Positions 62,522-64,000 of a stretch of DNA of 64,000 bases are shown one piece after another. The notes under the pieces were generated by a model, which saw only the letters and a program-made list of their open reading frames with translations, ran no database searches and had not been told where the DNA came from. A program made the translations under genes and the position numbers. This DNA comes from a bacterium. Lineage in GTDB: Bacteria; UBA8248. The stretch lies in NCBI GenBank assembly GCA_965225985.1, contig OZ245330.1, forward strand, positions 2,010,019 to 2,074,018. The letters run 5' to 3'. The number at the start of each line of letters is the position of its first letter. Position 1 is the stretch's first letter.

Positions 62522-63610
62522 TTACGCTACACGGTAACGCTCGATCGCCCGCTGCGTGAACTCGACACCGTGACCGGGTACATCGGGCACATCGATGCAA
62601 CCTTGCGCCACCGCAAATTCCCGGGTCAGCGTGCCCTCGGGCAGAAGTTCCATGTACTCCGCCATATCCCCGCTGGGGAAGGCCCCGACGAGGCTGATTG
62701 AAATTTCGTGCAGGAGATGGCTGGCGAGCGACAAATTGTAGGCGTCGGCGAGGTGGCCTATCTTAACGAATTCGGTGACCCCGCCGCATCGGCCGATGTC
62801 GGGCTGGAGGATGGCGGCGGCCCGCCTTTCGCAGATTTCCCGAAAGCCCCAGCGGTAGTAGGCGTTCTCCCCCGCCGCGATCGGCACCTCGCTCTTTCTC
62901 GCCACCTCGGCCAGATCGTCAATGCTGTCCGCGAGGACGGGCTCCTCGAACCAGGCTACGCCGAACTCGGCGAGGAGGCGGGACACCTCGACGGCCTCGC
63001 GGACGTTGTATTTTTGATTCGCATCGGCGAGAAGCGTGAAATCATCTCCCATCTCGCGCCGCAGCAAAGCGATGCGCTCGCGATCGCGGGAGGTTCCGAT
63101 TTTCAACTTGTAGGCGGAGAGGCCCATCCCCGCAAAAGCCTGGCATTCCGCCACGAGCTCAGCGTCCGAAAGAGAGTGCCAGCCGCCGCTGCCGTAGACG
63201 GGCACCCTTTGCCGGTCGCCGCCGAGAAGGCGGTTGAGGGGAAGCCCCGCCGCCTTGCCCATGATGTCCCAGCAGGCGATGTCAACGGCCGAGAGGGCGA
63301 AAAGAGCGATTCCCCCCCGCATCTTCGCTTTGTTCGGCGCCCACATCCGGCTCCAGAGCGCCCCGGGCGCGAGGGCGTCCTGCCCCGCGACGAGGGGAGC
63401 GAGCTCGTTTTCAATGAAGGGGAGGATGGCTTTTCCGGAGTAGCCCCCCAGGAACATCGTGAATCCCAAGCCGGTCGGCCCATTCTCGGTGTGAAGATAG
63501 GCAAGAACACAGTCGAGGCCGTCGTATGTCCCGAGGGAGCTGGAGATCGGCTTGGAAAACGGAATTCTGAGCAGACGCGCCTCAAGGGACTGGATCGGAA
63601 GAGCCGCCAT
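62522..63610 (-). CDS. Enolase superfamily enzyme (mandelate racemase / muconate lactonising enzyme family)
   Basis: 362 aa with MR/MLE N and C domains and Mg-binding D/E/D positions (KLKIG...DANQ...EEP...AGE). Confidence 0.8.
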   Translation of the reverse strand: MAALPIQSLEARLLRIPFSKPISSSLGTYDGLDCVLAYLHTENGPTGLGFTMFLGGYSGKAILPFIENELAPLVAGQDALAPGALWSRMWAPNKAKMRGGIALFALSAVDIACWDIMGKAAGLPLNRLLGGDRQRVPVYGSGGWHSLSDAELVAECQAFAGMGLSAYKLKIGTSRDRERIALLRREMGDDFTLLADANQKYNVREAVEVSRLLAEFGVAWFEEPVLADSIDDLAEVARKSEVPIAAGENAYYRWGFREICERRAAAILQPDIGRCGGVTEFVKIGHLADAYNLSLASHLLHEISISLVGAFPSGDMAEYMELLPEGTLTREFAVAQGCIDVPDVPGHGVEFTQRAIERYRVA

Positions 63611-64000
63611 TTCCTTTCGGTCTCCTATGAATGTTGGATTGCCCGAATCCGTATGCCCGGATTCGTTCCGCCCGGAGGGAGGAAGGCGGCCGCATCCCGG
63701 AGGGACTTTTCCATCGGCGCTTCCGTCATGCAGCCCATCCCGCCCCGCAGCCGGGGCGGGGGGCGGAGCCTACCCTCACGGGCCGGGCGATGGGGCCGAA
63801 ATATGGAGAAAAGAAGTCCGGGCTGGGCCGAATGGTATCCGCCCGCCGAAAAGGGTGTCAAACCATACGGATTCTAGCCGCCCAGAAGTCCGCCCGAAGA
63901 AAATTTTTCTTGTCTATCAGGCGCGCAAGGAATATTGACAAAAGCCCGATAGTTAATATAGGAAATAGCTATCAGACCAAACCCCCGATCCTGGTGGATT

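Noticed and set aside
63611-64000. Possible RNase P or other structured RNA in the terminal non-coding 390 bp (contains gaagtccgggctggg, reminiscent of the RNase P AAGUCCGGGCU segment).
   Set aside because: Only a short partial match. Flanking conserved P4 and other RNase P elements are not visible, and the region runs off the window end.

Overview
This is a high-GC (~65-70%) bacterial chromosomal window of mostly metabolic housekeeping genes, with several lower-GC, AT-flanked segments that look acquired.

Main gene content, in order:
- 1-2.4 kb: LivK/LivH-type branched-chain amino acid ABC transporter genes.
- 2.6-10 kb: a catabolic cluster of an M24 creatinase-like peptidase, an ACC-deaminase-family PLP enzyme, OsmC, hydantoinase A/B and a MOSC protein.
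- 10-23 kb: tRNA-Arg(CCT), apt, an NlpD-like LysM/M23 lipoprotein, ridA, a Kelch-repeat protein, tRNA-Pro(CGG), a Zn-ADH and DhnA-aldolase islet, an amidase, and pcm-surE.
- 23.5-26.4 kb: metY, a CoA-binding protein and a FecR-domain secreted protein.
- 26.4-28.9 kb: tRNA-Pro(GGG) with a 49-bp 3'-end direct repeat that bounds a ~2.4 kb degenerate integrative islet holding a truncated tyrosine-integrase remnant and a CocE/NonD hydrolase cargo gene.
- 29.1-31.5 kb: immediately beyond the attR, an EgtB-family sulfoxide synthase (HX3HXE plus FGE domain) co-directional with a GT4-like glycosyltransferase. This resembles the SenA/SenB selenoneine pair, but no selD or egtD is in the window.
- 31.6-36.7 kb: acyl-CoA dehydrogenase, creatininase, an HD-GYP phosphodiesterase and an Ldh2-family dehydrogenase.
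- 36.9-42.2 kb: a lower-GC GldA/GldF/GldG-like ABC cluster with a DUF4340 gene.
- 42.6-49.6 kb: glycerate kinase, pyruvate kinase and ROK glucokinase.
- 49.8-54.3 kb: a DtxR-family regulator followed by an fbpABC iron-uptake operon.
- 54.4-63.6 kb: an LLM oxidoreductase, a lipoprotein, secA, an M23 peptidase, and an SDR / CMD / FAH / enolase-superfamily catabolic cluster.

Two features stand out beyond the gene list. Four genes carry apparent frameshifts, three of them at G/C runs. Long C/G homopolymer tracts (9-10 nt) also sit in promoter regions. Together these suggest either indel errors in the assembly or phase-variable contingency loci. No CRISPR array or rRNA was seen.
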